Positions 62,344 through 64,000 of a DNA stretch of 64,000 nt are shown in pieces. The stretch covers positions 45,384,001 through 45,448,000 of the forward strand of contig OZ241832.1 of the NCBI GenBank assembly GCA_965202585.1. Direction: 5' to 3'. The stretch comes from Thalia democratica (lineage: Eukaryota). Below the pieces are notes generated by a model that saw only the letters and a list, made by a program, of their open reading frames with translations, did no database searches and was not told where the DNA came from. How positions within the stretch are numbered: the stretch's first letter is position 1; every line of letters starts with the position of its first letter. A program made the translations under genes and the position numbers.

Positions 62344-64000
62344 ACTTATAGGGATCAGGCCTGGCATATTTAAAATGTATATTTTTTTCTAAAGTCGAAA
62401 ACTATTTTTTTTAAAAACTTGTGTCATATTATTATTTCTATCATTATTTACAAGGTTATTTAAATTAAATAACAATTTTTTAATTTTCATGACCACTTAT
62501 CTGTTTAATAATTAAGAAAGCAATCTATGAAACGTTTTGTGTTTCAGAAAACAACACGGTACACAACAACACAGTGATGCAATAATACAATTAATAAAAT
62601 TTGATATCCATTTCCTCTTCTGGTTCGGTTTCATAAAGTGTTGTTTTTTATCTTTCTTTCAGTCTTTTGCATTTTGTTGATAGCCATTTCAGGTTGTCAT
62701 TTACAAGCAACTCTCAGTGACATCTGAAAAAAACTAAGCTTAAAAAACAGGTGTAGATCATTATGTACACTTTTTATTATCAATTTCTATTATTTTATTT
62801 GTATTTTCTTTTTAGTAGTTAAAAAAAATCTTTTTTTATTTAATGCACAGCATATCACGTATTTAAAATTTTAGTGATTTTGTTAAACTAGTTAAATTAT
62901 AAACAAATATTAATATTTTCATTTTAAACAGTGTAAGTTTTTCTTTTAAAACCTTTAAATACCTTAATAATCTATCTAAAGTTTTTCGGGTTGCAACTTT
63001 TTGAAACAAAAAAAGTACAACAGTTACTTCAACCCAGTCACCGTGTTTTTAAAAGTTAAAAACATATAAAATTGCCAATTAAAAAAACTTTGCAATATTA
63101 TATAAGTAATTTATCCAAGTATGTAAACTTTTGTTGTTTAAAAGGAAAAGTAAAGTCTAAACTTTAAAGAAAAACTTCTAGATTTACTATCTGTCTTTTT
63201 TCACATCTAAGGCTTAAGCATAATAAATGGTTTTTAAATGATATTCAGGAACTTAAAAACAAACTATTATAATTTCTTTTTCTTTTTTTGAAAATTTCAA
63301 TTTAAATTTTGTTTTGTTTAGTGGACCAAATTTACATGCTCGAGGGCCACATATTTACACTTCGAGGGCCGCAGTTTGCTGACCCCTAAATTAAATGGAT
63401 TAATTTGTAGTATAAATGGTAGCTTTCACTTGTAATACTCAGTTTTTATAAAAATTATATCGTGTGACGTATTTGTTTAAAAATTACTTAAAATTTCTAA
63501 ATTATTAAATTTTATACCTAGAAACAGTAAATTATAATTGATTGTCGTGTAATTGTGATTGAGATAATGCAAGATTATTTTTTTTGGCACATTCTTTAGT
63601 TTTCTAAAAGTTTTAACATAGTCATATTTGTATCGTAAAACTTTTATTTATTTATCCTGACGTTGTTTAACTTTTATTAGCTCTTATAGTTATACTTATA
63701 TCAAAAACAACAGTTCCTTTAAAAGCTGCTTGCCGGCTGTAGCTATTCAAAATTATATTCAGTAATCAAAAAAACAAAAATATTTTTGTCAAAAATTCCT
63801 TATAATAAGCAAAAATACCAAATAACAACTCAAAAAACCTCACAAAATAAGTTCAATCTGTAGTACAGTTTTTATATTCCTAGGTCAATTTATAAGGGAC
63901 AAAAATACAAGATTTTATAAGTGTTTTTTAAATAAAACTTGTTTAAGATTGGTACTTTAGAGTGGTGAGATTTGTTTAAATGATACTTGATTTAAAAAGA

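Noticed and set aside
62600-62735. Acceptor plus coding-like stretch on the minus strand (..NLKWLSTKCKRLKER..)
   Set aside because: Stops in all frames; at best a decayed transposon exon.
50300-64000. Short AT-rich ORFs in the supplied track (e.g. 52134, 54574, 56208) and similar intronic ones elsewhere
   Set aside because: F/L/I/K/N-rich composition expected from random AT-rich DNA; no motifs or splice support.

Overview
Very AT-rich, intron-rich eukaryotic (animal) genomic DNA. The composition and transposon mix resemble Hydra-like cnidarians; this is inference only. Most of the window (5357-50235, + strand) is one complete WDR90 (POC16) gene. I assembled it by hand into 36 coding exons whose phases all join, giving about 2055 aa: an N-terminal CFAP20/DUF667 domain followed by WD40 repeats. 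The introns and the downstream region are full of mobile DNA. These include a 5'-truncated, 5'-inverted Penelope-like retroelement (RT plus GIY-YIG), several decayed Penelope fragments, hAT remnants, a spliced FLYWCH-MULE transposase pseudogene and many MITEs. The most striking unannotated signal is a set of hammerhead-ribozyme (HHR) motifs from at least four sequence families. Several sit as fold-back elements with one hammerhead on each strand (8477, 10327, 16977, 32358, 59418). A tandem pair of minimal, possibly pseudoknotted hammerheads 333 nt apart lies at the Penelope tail and looks like a nascent retrozyme carrying locally copied DNA. Also notable: a GC-AG intron, a T at donor position +3 in 16 of 35 introns, a NAGNAG acceptor, and G-quadruplex-type subterminal arrays.
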